A DNA stretch of 64,000 nucleotides from Macrostomum lignano (GCA_002269645.1 NIVC01000856.1:1-64000), one strand, 5' to 3'. Shown: positions 25,456 through 39,509, counted from the first letter of the stretch. Program-made: numbers and translations. Notes: generated by a model not told the origin, from the letters alone.

Positions 25456-25838
25456 GTGTACGGCTTTCTCTGGCTGGCCCTGGTCTACCTGGCACCTGCG
25501 GTGGTGCTGGCTTGCCTCTACTCGCGCATCATCTGCCAGCTCAGCCGCCGGGTCAGCAGCGCCGGCACCAGAACCGTCACCAACGCCAGCGGCCGGCCGC
25601 GCCTCATCCAGCGGGCCGCCTCGGAGCTCACGAAGTCGGCCGCGGTGATCGCCTGCATCTTCGTAGCCAGCTTGACCCAGGCAACGGCGAGAATGTCAAC
25701 GGCGAGGATGACGACGGCGAGGAATTTGTCGAGACGGAGGAGGCCGCCGGGCCAGCAACGAGGAGCGGCTGTGGGAGGGACTGTCAATCACGTCTGCTGC
25801 AGGGTGCCCCGGCGGTGGCCATGGTTGAGATTGACTGA
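25456..25838 (+). pseudogene. GPCR exon 2: TM5, ICL3 and half of TM6, then an out-of-frame C-terminal-tail-like segment; TM7 missing
   Basis: Acceptor gcacag|GTG, phase 0. VYGFLWLALVYLAPAVVLACLYSRII (TM5 Pro and Tyr), ELTKSAAVIACIFVASLTQ (TM6 start). No NPxxY follows. Disrupted gene or assembly gap. Confidence 0.65.
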
Positions 25839-26985
25839 CGGGTCTGAGCAACTGCTAGCCAGCCCGTTCTCAAGCAGAATTTTGAAGTCAATATTGCTGA
25901 CGCGAATGCACTTGCCAGCTTTTCCACTTCGGGAACATTTCGATTGCAATTGCTCGGTCCGCGGTGGGGCAACGCAAATTAAATCTGTTTTTAATGCATG
26001 TATAAATTTCAGCCCGATAAAATTGTAACCAGCTGACCAGCTAAAGCTAATAACTGCAAGACTGCAGAACGATGACCACGCCCTGTGAAGAGTGTCCAGC
26101 GTTTGCCAGATTAAAATTTAAAAAATCAGCAAAATTTATTCATCTTTTTATTCGAAGTGTCTTGTCAATATTTTGAATTGATTTAAAATAATTGAGTACA
26201 AAATTCGTTGAGTTCATCATTATTCAAACAGAGCTGTGAACTGATCAGCCAATAGGAAAGAGCTGCCGCGGGAACCAATCACGTGACCTGTGCCTCACAA
26301 TGTACATGATAACAGTCCTGCCTGTACAGCCGCCCTAACTTTAGGCCACTGACCATTGCTTAGACCATTGGGCTACGGTCCCCCTTTTCAGTTCTTAGCG
26401 CTAAATTCACAGCTTATCACTTTGCTGGAATGACCCGACTTACTTGATTAGTAAGTAACCCACTTCCATGACTGGGGATTAACGACATGCACATGTTTGG
26501 TATATGACATTTTTAATCTCTGGATTAAAGCATCAGCTGACGGCTGCACTGATTCTCTCTGACAATTTCTCTGTCCCGCCTACCGCCTGATCAAAATTCC
26601 TTCAGCTGAAGCATTCGTACCTTTTTATCTTCATCATCATCATCATCATTCATCCGCAGCCTCCGCGAGTGGCAAAGCAAACCAACGCGAGGCATCAAGG
26701 CTGCTGGGAAGGCGGCGGTTTTATCCGGATTAAGCATTGATTCATCTCCTGCTCCTCCGCTCCGGGACCCTCCTCGCCTTGGCCTGCCATGGCCTCGAGT
26801 CGCTAAGCCAGCCTATAGAGGCATAATTGAGCATTCGAGCTTCGGGATTAGAAATCTCGAGTCCTCGAATGGATCGAATGGAAATTGGCATTGTGCGAGC
26901 TGCACTTGTTTTGATATGTATTGGATGATTTTTGGCCGTGTCTTCATTTTCTCCTGTAGCCTATCCGTAACCGTAGCTAAATAAT

Positions 26986-28667
26986 TATCCATATCCATAT
27001 CCATATCCATATCCATATCCATATCCATATCCATATCCATATCCATATCCATATCCATATCCATATCCATATCCATATCCATAACCATATCCATATCCAT
27101 ATCCATATCCATATCCATATCCATATCCATATCCATATCCATATCCATATCCATATCCATATCCATATCCATATCCATATCCATAACCATATCCATATCC
27201 ATATCCATATCCATATCCATATCCATATCCATATCCATATCCATATCCATATCCATATCCATATCCATATCCATAACCATATCCATATCCATAACCATAT
27301 CCATATCCATATCCATATCCATATCCATATCCATAACCATATCTATATCCATAACCATATCCATATCCATATCCATATCCATATCCATATCCATAACCAT
27401 ATCTATATCCATAACCATATCCATATCCATATTCATATCCATATCCATATCCATATCCATATCCATATCCATATCCATAACCATATCTATATCCATAACC
27501 ATATCCATATCCATATTCATATCCATAACCATATCTATATCCATATCCATATCCATATCCATATCCATAACCATATCCATAACCATATCCATATCCATAT
27601 CCATAACCATATCCATATCCATATCCATATCCATAACCATATCCATATCCATATCCATATCCATATCCATAACCATATCCATATCCATATCCATATCCAT
27701 ATCCATAACCATATCTATATCCATATCCATATCCATATCCATATCCATATCCATATCCATATCCATATCCATATCCATATCCATAACCATATCCATATCC
27801 ATATCCATATCCATATCCATATCCATATCCATATCCATATCCATAACCATATCCATATCCATATCCATATCCATAACCATATCCATATCCATAACCATAT
27901 CCATATCCATATCCATATCCATATCCATATCTATATCCATATCCATATCCATATCCATATCCATAACCATATCCATATCCATAACCATATCCATATCCAT
28001 ATTCATATCCATAACCATATCTATATCCATATCCATATCCATATCCATATCCATAACCATATCCATAACCATATCCATATCCATATCCATAACCATATCC
28101 ATATCCATATCCATATCCATATCCATATCCATATCCATAACCATATCCATATCCATAACCATATCCATATCCATATCCATATCCATATCCATATCCATAA
28201 CCATATCTATATCCATAACCATATCCATATCCATATCCATATCCATATCCATATCCATAACCATATCTATATCCATAACCATATCCATATCCATATTCAT
28301 ATCCATATCCATATCCATATCCATATCCATATCCATATCCATAACCATATCTATATCCATAACCATATCCATATCCATATTCATATCCATAACCATATCT
28401 ATATCCATATCCATATCCATATCCATATCCATAACCATATCCATAACCATATCCATATCCATATCCATAACCATATCCATATCCATATCCATATCCATAT
28501 CCATATCCATATCCATAACCATATCCATATCCATAACCATATCCATATCCATATCCATATCCATATCCATATCCATAACCATATCTATATCCATAACCAT
28601 ATCCATATCCATATCCATATCCATATCCATATCCATATCCATATCCATATCCATATCCATATCTATA
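26986..28667. repeat. (ATATCC)n hexanucleotide array, about 280 units with variants ATAACC, ATATCT, ATATTC
   Basis: Read directly; produces the spurious (MD)n ORF. Confidence 0.97.
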
Positions 28668-29221
28668 TTAAGCGAATGAAAGCACAGTAGCACTCTGTAA
28701 ACTGATTTCTTAAGAAACCTCATCTTCATATCTCTTTAGAAAAACAAGATGCTGTGAGCTTTTGTGCTTAAAAAACAGATTTCTTCCTGTACAACGTGGC
28801 ACTCAAGCAGTTTAGACTGTTTCTGTGAACTTGAGCAGGTTTTGCCTCATGTCTGACCGATTTTAAATTTTCTTGAATTTATATTGGTCGAAAGATAAAT
28901 CTAGTTTTATTGCTAAGCACCCACACAGTCGCGATGAATTTCCGATAAATTGAAAAAAATGAAATTTCGCGCTGTCAAATGTCTCTGTCACGAGTGTCCA
29001 TCAAATCCACGTCATGAGGCAGCATCTGTCTGCTAATTTCTGGTCGATATAATTTCTGGCATCTACGTCTTGGTTTGTACGAATTTGGAGAATAAAAAAT
29101 TTCTAAGATAAAGCAAAGTACAAGCTGCTCATTCTAAATTGCTGTTGTGTACTGCTTCTGGGGATTCTGCTGCTAAGGTCTAGAGCTGATTGATGGGGCT
29201 TCGATTCCTCCCAGCCCGACA

Positions 29222-32200
29222 CTTGCCCCCCAATTCGAGACTAGCCCCCCCCAACCCGAGACTTGCCCCCCAACCCGAGACTTGCCCCCCCAACCCGAGA
29301 CTTGCCCCCAACCCGAGACTTGCCCCCCAACCCGAGACTTGCCCCCCCCAACCCGAGACTTGCCCCCAACCCGAGACTTGCCCCCAACCCGAGACTTGCC
29401 CCCAACCCGAGACTTGCCCCCCAACCCGAGACTTGCCCCCCCCCAACCCGAGACTTGCCCCCCCAACCCGAGACTTGCCCCCCAACCCGAGACTTGCATG
29501 CCCCCCAACCCGAGACTTGCCCCCCAACCCGAGACTTGCCCCCCCCAACCCGAGACTTGCCCCCCCAACCCGAGACTTGCCCCCAACCCGAGACTTGCCC
29601 CCCAACCCGAGACTTGCCCCCAACCCGAGACTTGCCCCCCAACCCGAGACTTGCCCCCCAACCCGAGACTTGCCCCCCCAACCCGAGACTTGTCCCCCCC
29701 CAACCCGAGACTTGCCCCCCCAACCCGAGACTTGCCCCCCAACCCGAGACTTGCCCCCCAACCCGAGACTTGCCCCCCAACCCGAGACTTGTCCCCCCCA
29801 ACCCGAAACTTGCCCCCAACCCGAGACTTGCCCCCCCAACCCGAGACTTGCCCCCCCAACCCGAGACTTGCCCCCAACCCGAGACTTGCCCCCCAACCCG
29901 AGACTTGCCCCCCAACCCGAGACTTGCCCCCCAACCCGAGACTTGCCCCCCCAACCCGAGACTTGCCCCCCAACCCGAGACTTGCCCCCCAACCCGAGAC
30001 TTGCATGCCCCCCAACCCGAGACTTGCCCCCCAACCCGAGACTTGCCCCCCCCAACCCGAGACTTGCCCCCAACCGAGACTTGCCCCCAACCCGAGACTT
30101 GCCCCCAACCCGAGACTTGCCCCCAACCCGAGACTTGCCCCCAACCCGAGACTTGCCCCCAACCCGAGACTTGCCCCCCCAACCCGAGACTTGCCCCCCA
30201 ACCCGAGACTTGTCCCCCCCCAACCCGAGACTTGCCCCCCAACCCGAGACTTGCCCCCCAACCCGAGACTTGCCCCCAACCCGAGACTTGCCCCCAACCC
30301 GAGACTTGTCCCCCCCAACCCGAAACTTGCCCCCAACCCGAGACTTGCCCCCCCCAACCCGAGACTTGCCCCCCAACCCGAGACTTGCCCCCCAACCCGA
30401 GACTTGCCCCCCAACCCGAGACTTGCCCCCCAACCCGAGACTTGCCCCCCCAACCCGAGACTTGCCCCCCCCAACCCGAGACTTGCCCCCAACCCGAGAC
30501 TTGCCCCCAACCCGAGACTTGCATGCCCCCCAACCCGAGACTTGCCCCCCAACCCGAGACTTGCCCCCCCAACCCGAGACTTGCCCCCCAACCCGAGACT
30601 TGCCCCCAACCCGAGACTTGCCCCCCAACCCGAGACTTGCCCCCAACCCGAGACTTGCCCCCAACCCGAGACTTGCCCCCCAACCCGAGACTTGCCCCCC
30701 CAACCCGAGACTTGCCCCCCCCAACCCGAGACTTGCCCCCCCCAACCCGAGACTTGCCCCCCAACCCGAGACTTGCCCCCCCAACCCCCAACCCGAGACT
30801 TGCCCCCCCCCAACCCGAGACTTGCCCCCCAACCCGAGACTTGCCCCCAACCCGAGACTTGTCCCCCCCAACCCGAAACTTGCCCCCAACCCGAGACTTG
30901 CCCCCAACCCGAGACTTGCCCCCCAACCCGAGACTTGCCCCCAACCCGAGACTTGCCCCCAACCCGAGACTTGCCCCCCAACCCGAGACTTGTCCCCCCC
31001 CAACCCGAAACTTGCCCCCAACCCGAGACTTGCCCCCCAACCCGAGACTTGCCCCCCAACCCGAGACTTGCCCCCCAACCCGAGACTTGTCCCCCCCCCA
31101 ACCCGAGACTTGCCCCCCAACCCGAGACTTGCCCCCCCAATTCGAGACTTGCCCCCCCCAACCCGAGACTTGCCCCCCAACCCGAGACTTGCCCCCCAAC
31201 CCGAGACTTGCCCCCCCCCAACCCGAACTTGCCCCCCCCAACCCGAGACTTGCCCCCAACCCGAGACTTGCCCCCAACCCGAGACTTGCCCCCCCAACCC
31301 GAGACTTGCCCCCCCCAACCCGAGACTTGCCCCCCCCAACCCGAGACTTGCCCCCCCCAACCCGAGACTTGCCCCCCCCCGAGACTTGCCCCCCCCCCCA
31401 ACCCGAGACTTGCCCCCCCCACCGAGACTTGCCCCCCCCCCCCAACCCGAGACTTGCCCCCCCAACCCGAGACTTGCCCCCCAACCCCAACCCGAGACTT
31501 GCCCCCCCAACCCGAGACTTGCCCCCAACCCGAGACTTGCCCCCCAACCCGAGACTTGCCCCCCAACCCGAGACTTGCCCCCCAACCCGAGACTTGCCCC
31601 CCAACCCGAGACTTGCCCCCCAACCCGAGACTTGCCCCCCAACCCGAGACTTGCCCCCCAACCCGAGACTTGCCCCCCAACCCGAGACTTGCCCCCCAAC
31701 CCGAGACTTGCCCCCCCAACCCGAGACTTGCCCCCCCAACCCGAGACTTGCCCCCCCAACCCGAGACTTGCCCCCCAACCCGAGACTTGCCCCCCAACCC
31801 GAGACTTGCCCCCCAACCCGAGACTTGCCCCCAACCCGAGACTTGCCCCCCAACCCGAGACTTGCCCCCAACCCGAGACTTGCCCCCAACCCGAGACTTG
31901 CCCCCAACCCGAGACTTGCCCCCCAACCCGAGACTTGCCCCCAACCCGAGACTTGCCCCCCAACCCGAGACTTGCCCCCCAACCCGAGACTTGCCCCCCA
32001 ACCCGAGACTTGCCCCCCAACCCGAGACTTGCCCCCCAACCCGAGACTTGCCCCCCAACCCGAGACTTGCCCCCCAACCCGAGACTTGCCCCCCAACCCG
32101 AGACTTGCCCCCCAACCCGAGACTTGCCCCCCAACCCGAGACTTGCCCCCCAACCCGAGACTTGCCCCCCAACCCGAGACTTGCCCCCCAACCCGAGACT

Positions 32201-35200
32201 TGCCCCCCCAACCCGAGACTTGCCCCCCCAACCCGAGACTTGCCCCCCCCAACCCGAGACTTGCCCCCCCAACCCGAGACTTGCCCCCCAACCCGAGACT
32301 TGCCCCCCAACCCGAGACTTGCCCCCCAACCCGAGACTTGCCCCCCAACCCGAGACTTGCCCCCCAACCCGAGACTTGCCCCCCAACCCGAGACTTGCCC
32401 CCCAACCCGAGACTTGCCCCCCAACCCGAGACTTGCCCCCAACCCGAGACTTGCCCCCCAACCCGAGACTTGCCCCCAACCCGAGACTTGCCCCCCCAAC
32501 CCGAGACTTGCCCCCAACCCGAGACTTGCCCCCAACCCGAGACTTGCCCCCAACCCGAGACTTGCCCCCCAACCCGAGACTTGCCCCCCAACCCGAGACT
32601 TGCCCCCCAACCCGAGACTTGCCCCCCAACCCGAGACTTGCCCCCCCAACCCGAGACTTGCCCCCCAACCCGAGACTTGCCCCCCAACCCGAGACTTGCC
32701 CCCCAACCCGAGACTTGCCCCCCCCAACCCGAGACTTGCCCCCCAACCCGAGACTTGCCCCCCAACCCGAGACTTGCCCCCCAACCCGAGACTTGCCCCC
32801 CCAACCCGAGACTTGCCCCCCCAACCCGAGACTTGCCCCCCCAACCCGAGACTTGCCCCCCCAACGAGACTTGCCCCCCCCCCCAACCCGAGACTTGCCC
32901 CCCCCAACCCGAGACTTGCCCCCCAACCCCCAACCCGAGACTTGCCCCCCCCAACCCGAGACTTGCCCCCCAACCCCAACCCGAGACTTGCCCCCCCCAA
33001 CCCGAGACTTGCCCCCAACCCGAGACTTGCCCCCAACCCGAGACTTGCCCCCAACCCGAGACTTGCCCCCAACCCGAGACTTGCCCCCAACCCGAGACTT
33101 GCCCCCCAACCCGAGACTTGCCCCCCAACCCGAGACTTGCCCCCCAACCCGAGACTTGCCCCCCCCAACCCGAGACTTGCCCCCCAACCCGAGACTTGCC
33201 CCCAACCCGAGACTTGCCCCCCAACCCGAGACTTGCCCCCAACCCGAGACTTGCCCCCCCAACCCGAGACTTGCCCCCCCAACCCGAGACTTGCCCCCAA
33301 CCCGAGACTTGCCCCCCCAACCCGAGACTTGCCCCCCCAACCCGAGACTTGCCCCCCCAATTCGAGACTTGCCCAACCCGAGACTTGCCCCCCCAACGAG
33401 ACTTGCCCCCCCAACCCGAGACTTGCCCCCAACCCGAGACTTGCCCCCCAACCCGAGACTTGCCCCCAACCCGAGACTTGCCCCCCAACCCGAGACTTGC
33501 CCCCCCAACCCGAGACTTGCCCCCCCCAACCCGAGACTTGCCCCCCCAACCCGAGACTTGCCCCCCCAACCCGAGACTTGCCCCCCCAACCCGAGACTTG
33601 CCCCCCCAACCCGAGACTTGCCCCCAACCCGAGACTTGCCCCCCAACCCGAGACTTGCCCCCCAACCCGAGACTTGCCCCCAACCCGAGACTTGCCCCCC
33701 CCAACCCGAGACTTGCCCCCAACCCGAGACTTGCCCCCAACCCGAGACTTGCCCCCCAACCCGAGACTTGCCCCCAACCCGAGACTTGCCCCCCAACCCG
33801 AGACTTGTCCCCCCCCAACCCGAAACTTGCCCCCAACCCGAGACTTGCCCCCCAACCCGAGACTTGCCCCCCCCAACCCGAGACTTGCCCCCCAACCCGA
33901 GACTTGCCCCCCAACCCGAGACTTGCCCCCAACCCGAGACTTGTCCCCCCAACCCGAACTTGCCCCAACCCGAGACTTGCCCCCCAACCCGAGACTTGCC
34001 CCCCCAACCCGAGACTTGCCCCCCAACCCGAGACTTGTCCCCCCCCCAACCCGAGACTTGCCCCCCCAACCCGAGACTTGCCCCCCAACCCGAGACTTGT
34101 CCCCCCCAACCCGAGACTTGCCCCCCCCAACCCGAGACTTGCCCCCCCAACCCCCAACCCGAGACTTGCCCCCCCCCAACCCGAGACTTGCCCCCCCAAC
34201 CCCCAACCCGAGACTTGCCCCCCAACCCGAGACTTGCCCCCAACCCGAGACTTGCCCCCCAACCCGAGACTTGCCCCCCAACCCGAGACTTGCCCCCCAA
34301 CCCGAGACTTGCCCCCCAACCCGAGACTTGCCCCCCAACCCGAGACTTGCCCCCCAACCCGAGACTTGCCCCCCAACCCGAGACTTGCCCCCCAACCCGA
34401 GACTTGCCCCCCAACCCGAGACTTGCCCCCCAACCCGAGACTTGCCCCCCCAACCCGAAACTTGCCCCCAACCCGAGACTTGCCCCCCAACCCGAGACTT
34501 GCCCCCAACCCGAGACTTGCCCCCAACCCGAGACTTGTCCCCCCCCCGAGACTTGCCCCCAACCCGAGACTTGCCCCCCAACCCGAGACTTGCCCCCCAA
34601 CCCGAGACTTGCCCCCCAACCCGAGACTTGCCCCCCAACCCGAGACTTGCCCCCCAACCCGAGACTTGCCCCCCAACCCGAGACTTGCCCCCCAACCCGA
34701 GACTTGCCCCCCAACCCGAGACTTGCCCCCCAACCCGAGACTTGCCCCCCCAACCCGAGACTTGCCCCCCCAACCCGAGACTTGCCCCCCAACCCGAGAC
34801 TTGCCCCCCCAACCCGAGACTTGCCCCCCCCAACCCGAGACTTGCCCCCCCAACCCGAGACTTGCCCCCCCCCGAGACTTGCCCCAACCCGAGACTTGCC
34901 CCCCAACCCGAGACTTGCCCCCCAACCCGAGACTTGCCCCCCCCAACCCGAGACTTGCCCCCCAACCCGAGACTTGCCCCCAACCCGAGACTTGCCCCCC
35001 AACCCGAGACTTGCCCCCCAACCCGAGACTTGCCCCCAACCCGAGACTTGCCCCCCAACCCGAGACTTGCCCCCCAACCCGAGACTTGCCCCCCAACCCG
35101 AGACTTGCCCCCAACCCGAGACTTGCCCCCCAACCCGAGACTTGCCCCCCAACCCGAGACTTGCCCCCCAACCCGAGACTTGCCCCCCCAACCCGAGACT

Positions 35201-35480
35201 TGCCCCCCAACCCGAGACTTGCCCCCAACCCGAGACTTGCCCCCCCAACCCGAGACTTGCCCCCCCCCCCAACCCGAACTTGCCCCCCAAACCCGAACCC
35301 GAGACTTGCCCCCAACCCGAGACTTGCCCCCCAACCCGAGACTTGCCCCCCAACCCGAGACTTGCCCCCCAACCCGAGACTTGCCCCCCCCAACCCGAAA
35401 CTTGCCCCCCCCTCAAACCCGAGACTTGCCCCCAACCCGAGACTTGCCCCCAACCCGAAACTTGTCCCCCCCAACCCGAA
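29222..35480. repeat. 6.3-kb satellite, unit AACCCGAGACTTG plus C5-8 (18-21 bp), about 300+ copies
   Basis: Read directly; no stop codons in any frame, hence the approximately 2000-aa spurious ORFs. Confidence 0.97.
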
Positions 35481-36794
35481 ACTTGTACAAAAAATCATTG
35501 AACCTCGTGAATGCTGTCTTGCTCACTGTTAATGAGTCCAGCTCATCATGTCACAATACATTATTTGCACTTTTTCCTACGGTTCGGCTGGATGCGACTC
35601 GACAATTGAAGTGAGCCATCGAAATGATTGAGCCGAAATGCTTTTATCCAAACCCTTATAAATAGACAGCTTTTCAATATTTTTTGAGCATTGAGCATAA
35701 GCATTTTAACTTGACTAAATATGGAGCAGCGCATTCCTCTCAAAAAGCAACAGACAATAGCTGGCCCGCATAGCATGGCTTGAAATAAATGCACCTGACA
35801 AAGATTCGCACAGCTACGAGCTACGGTTCCAAGCCAGTCTTTACCAATACAAGAACGATGATTTATACTACTTAGTAAGTAGCTTAACATCTTCTACATC
35901 TACAAAGGCAACAGCAGATTCAAGTTGACTTTGCGTCTGTTAAAAGTACGTTCATTGCTTTTAGGTTCCGTCGAGCTCATTAACCTGAGAGCTACTACTC
36001 TATGTGGTTGTTAGCACAAAGCGCAATCGAGAGGCTGCAGTTTGAAGTTGGAATATTAAGACACACAGGCCTCGGGATATGCCGAAGCCCGAGACTGCTG
36101 GACTCACTTCTGCCTGACTTTTGTCAGCAAGTTAAACACATGCAGTGGTCTTCAGCCGTGCATCTCAGTTGCTTCGGACCAGTAAGCCTTCAATAACATA
36201 CGAGTTTATTTCGTAAAAACAATAACAACTGATACAGAATTGTGAATCAATCACGAAAATACGGATCCTGGATATAATGTCATGCTGGCCAGCACTATCT
36301 CTGGGTGCTCAGGTGCTTGCACTTTTGGCTAGTAACTGTAAAAAGGTGAAGTAATGAAAAATTCGCCAGCCGTTAAACAGAGCCAGACTCATCATAAATC
36401 ACTTAATTATGCTCAAAGCCTGACACCCAGCCAGGGTTATTTCCTTTCCTGTCGATGCAAAATATGATTGAATGCCGTAACGCGACCGGAGCCATTGCTG
36501 CGAATAAGAGTTTGATGTCAGAGGTTGCAGACTTCATATAGTCAACGACAGCGTATAGCCCATAAGTAGATGCTTTCAGTTTCGACTAGGGAAAAATAGA
36601 CTAGAGAGAAAAAAACAAAAAAACAGCCGATGTGCACCCTAAGTGAGCTCATTGACAATCGAAGTAAAACGATGCTGCTCACGAATTTCTTGGAAATGAG
36701 CCGGAGGCCTGTCAGGAACGCATATTAGTATTAGTCTATCGCCAGTGCATTTGGCATGCTCTCTGGAAATCGGACTTTTCTTGACCGTATCTGT

Positions 36795-37805
36795 CTATGG
36801 CATAGAGCATATAGACAACAGAGAGCATAGAGCATAGACAACAGAGAGCATAGAGCATAGACAACAGAGAGCATAGAGCATAGACAACAGAGAGCATAGA
36901 GCATAGACAACAGAGAGCATAGAGCATATAGACAACAGAGAGCATAGAGCATAGACAACAGAGAGCATAGAGCATAGACAACAGAGAGCATAGAGCATAG
37001 ACAACAGAGAGCATAGAGCATATAGACAACAGAGAGCATAGAGCATATAGACAACAGAGAGCATAGAGCATAGACAACAGAGAGCATAGAGCATAGACAA
37101 CAGAGAGCATAGAGCATAGACAACAGAGAGCATAGAGCATAGATAACAGAGAGCATAGAGCATAGACAACAGAGAGCATAGAGCATAGATAACAGAGAGC
37201 ATAGAGCATAGATAACAGAGAGCATAGAGCATAGAGCATAGACAACAGAGAGCATAGAGCATAGAGCATAGACAACAGAGAGCATAGAGCATAGAGCATA
37301 GACAACAGAGAGCATAGAGCATAGAGCATAGACAACAGAGAGCATAGAGCATAGAGCATAGACAACAGAGAGCATAGAGCATAGAGCATAGACAACAGAG
37401 AGCATAGAGCATAGAGCATAGACAACAGAGAGCATAGAGCATAGACAACAGAGAGCATAGAGCATAGAGCATAGACAACAGAGAGCATAGAGCATAGACA
37501 ACAGAGAGCATAGAGCATAGACAACAGAGAGCATAGAGCATAGACAACAGAGAGCATAGAGCATAGAGCATAGACAACAGAGAGCATAGAGCATAGACAA
37601 CAGAGAGCATAGAGCATAGACAACAGAGAGCATAGAGCATAGATAACAGAGAGCATAGAGCATAGACAACAGAGAGCATAGAGCATAGAGCATAGACAAC
37701 AGAGAGCATAGAGCATAGACAACAGAGAGCATAGAGCATAGACAACAGAGAGCATAGAGCATAGATAACAGAGAGCATAGAGCATAGACAACAGAGAGCA
37801 TAGAG
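36795..37805. repeat. Compound minisatellite GACAACAGA + (GAGCATA)2-3 (23-30 bp)
   Basis: About 40 units with variable heptamer number. Confidence 0.95.
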
Positions 37806-38462
37806 CAGTAGCAGAGAACTAACCAGTGGGTGACAAATAAATCAGACATTTTTCTGACCCTCTCGCACTGATTATGCGTCATCAGTAGTGTGTTACGAGT
37901 AGTGCAATATAATAATTGCATAAGGGCTGCGGGCCGCCCTGACTTTCGGCGACATCGCCCCACAACTACTGGGGCGGCAGTTCTGCCCATACCGCTGACT
38001 CCCAAGCTGACATGCTAGAGCGTCAATGTACGCAGGCACGCACTCATGCACACGCTCACTCAGGGTGTACAGCGGCCCTTTGACTTTCTACTCGTCAGGC
38101 ATGTACAGTCTCTGTGCCGGGTCGGGGGTTGGCCCTCATTGGTGCGAATTGCACGACAATCCCTGGGCCAATTTTCGAGCACAAGCCGTGCAAATGAATG
38201 TGAACTGTCGGAACTGCAGGCCAAGGCACCATAAATAGAAGAAGGAATTCCGAAACAAATTCTGAATTAATGGTCAATGGAAGCAACGCTCTCGCTTCAC
38301 TGGTTCTATCGGCTTAATGCCCCCAGCAGGTCGTGACGCAGTGAACTGCAAGCATTTTTTACACGCTCGAAGCATGAAGTCTGTTTCAGACATTCCCTAA
38401 GACTGCTCAGGGATATTACTGTACTGTATCATTTTGCATTTAATGCCGTAAGTAGCTGCTGT

Positions 38463-38692
<230 letters not shown>

Positions 38693-39312
38693 TCATACAG
38701 TACAACTACAAAATAATAATTCAATTCGAGTAGGTCAGCATGCATCTATCCGACATCTGAATCTCTTCCTTTATTTGCGGTCCGGCCACCGCTCATAAGC
38801 GCCATATATAGCAGTGCTCCAATCCCCGGGGATGGGGCATGAGAAGCGTAAGACAGCATCACTGCATGCCTCCCCACTGACGGGTGGGCAGCTCTTCCCA
38901 AATACTGAAACACATGAAATGCCTTCCCAGATGTTTCCCTTTTTAGTCCGACAGGGCATGCAGCGTCTCAGCTCCCAGTGTCATACATTTTTTAGCAGAC
39001 GGAGATCACATTGGCTTGGGTTTGGGGACGGCGCTGGAGGCATTATAGTTCAACCAAAGGTGCAGGCCCGGGACCCACAGCCGGGAATAGCAAAGATCGG
39101 GCAAATGAAACTGAGACCTCTTTGATTTTATAGCTGAATAACTCATTTATTTTCAGTAAAATGTATAATCAGTATATGATGTCATTCTGAGCACTACGCG
39201 TGAGCAAGAGTTCATTACTCCAGTTTCTTAGTTCCGACTCTCTTTGGCTGAGCTGAGCAGGTCGGGGCTGGGGTTGGCTGCGGATGAAGATACATATAGA
39301 GCTGCTATAGGC

Positions 39313-39473
39313 ATGCAATCTGGAGTCGGCCGCACACCCCACAAGGGCGCTGGAGAATCGATAACCCGCGCGATGGCGATGCTGCTGAGCATACAGGAGA
39401 CTGGCGTAGTTAGCGAAGGCTGGCATGCCGCAATGGCCAACAAGGAGCAGCTGGGAGAGAAAATCTTTATTAA
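39313..39473 (+). CDS. Globin exon 1 (A and B helices); start ATG at 39313 or 39373
   Basis: LSIQETGVVSEGWHAAMANKEQLGEKIFIK fits the globin A-helix (L-S..E...V...W) and B-helix (G..IF.KLF). Donor AA|gtgagt at 39473 is the B12.2 position. Confidence 0.82.
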
Positions 39474-39509
39474 GTGAGTCTGCCGCTGTATCTCACTGCA
39501 TCTCAGTCA

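Noticed and set aside
26610-26984. 125-codon plus-strand open frame as the missing GPCR TM7 exon
   Set aside because: No NPxxY or TM7-like pattern, no early ATG and no donor upstream to join it; its coding status is unsupported.
26813-28729. 638-aa (Met-Asp)n ORF resembling a biomineralisation protein
   Set aside because: It is the translation of the (ATATCC)n microsatellite; there is no signal peptide or splice support.
29222-35480. Interstitial telomeric repeat
   Set aside because: It contains GGGTT but not tandem TTAGGG; the unit is 18-21 bp.
29173-35614. Six ORFs of about 2050-2110 aa (Gly-rich or Pro-rich, extensin/collagen-like)
   Set aside because: All six frames are open because the satellite monomer contains no stop codon; variable homopolymer lengths shuffle frames at random, which is incompatible with coding constraint.
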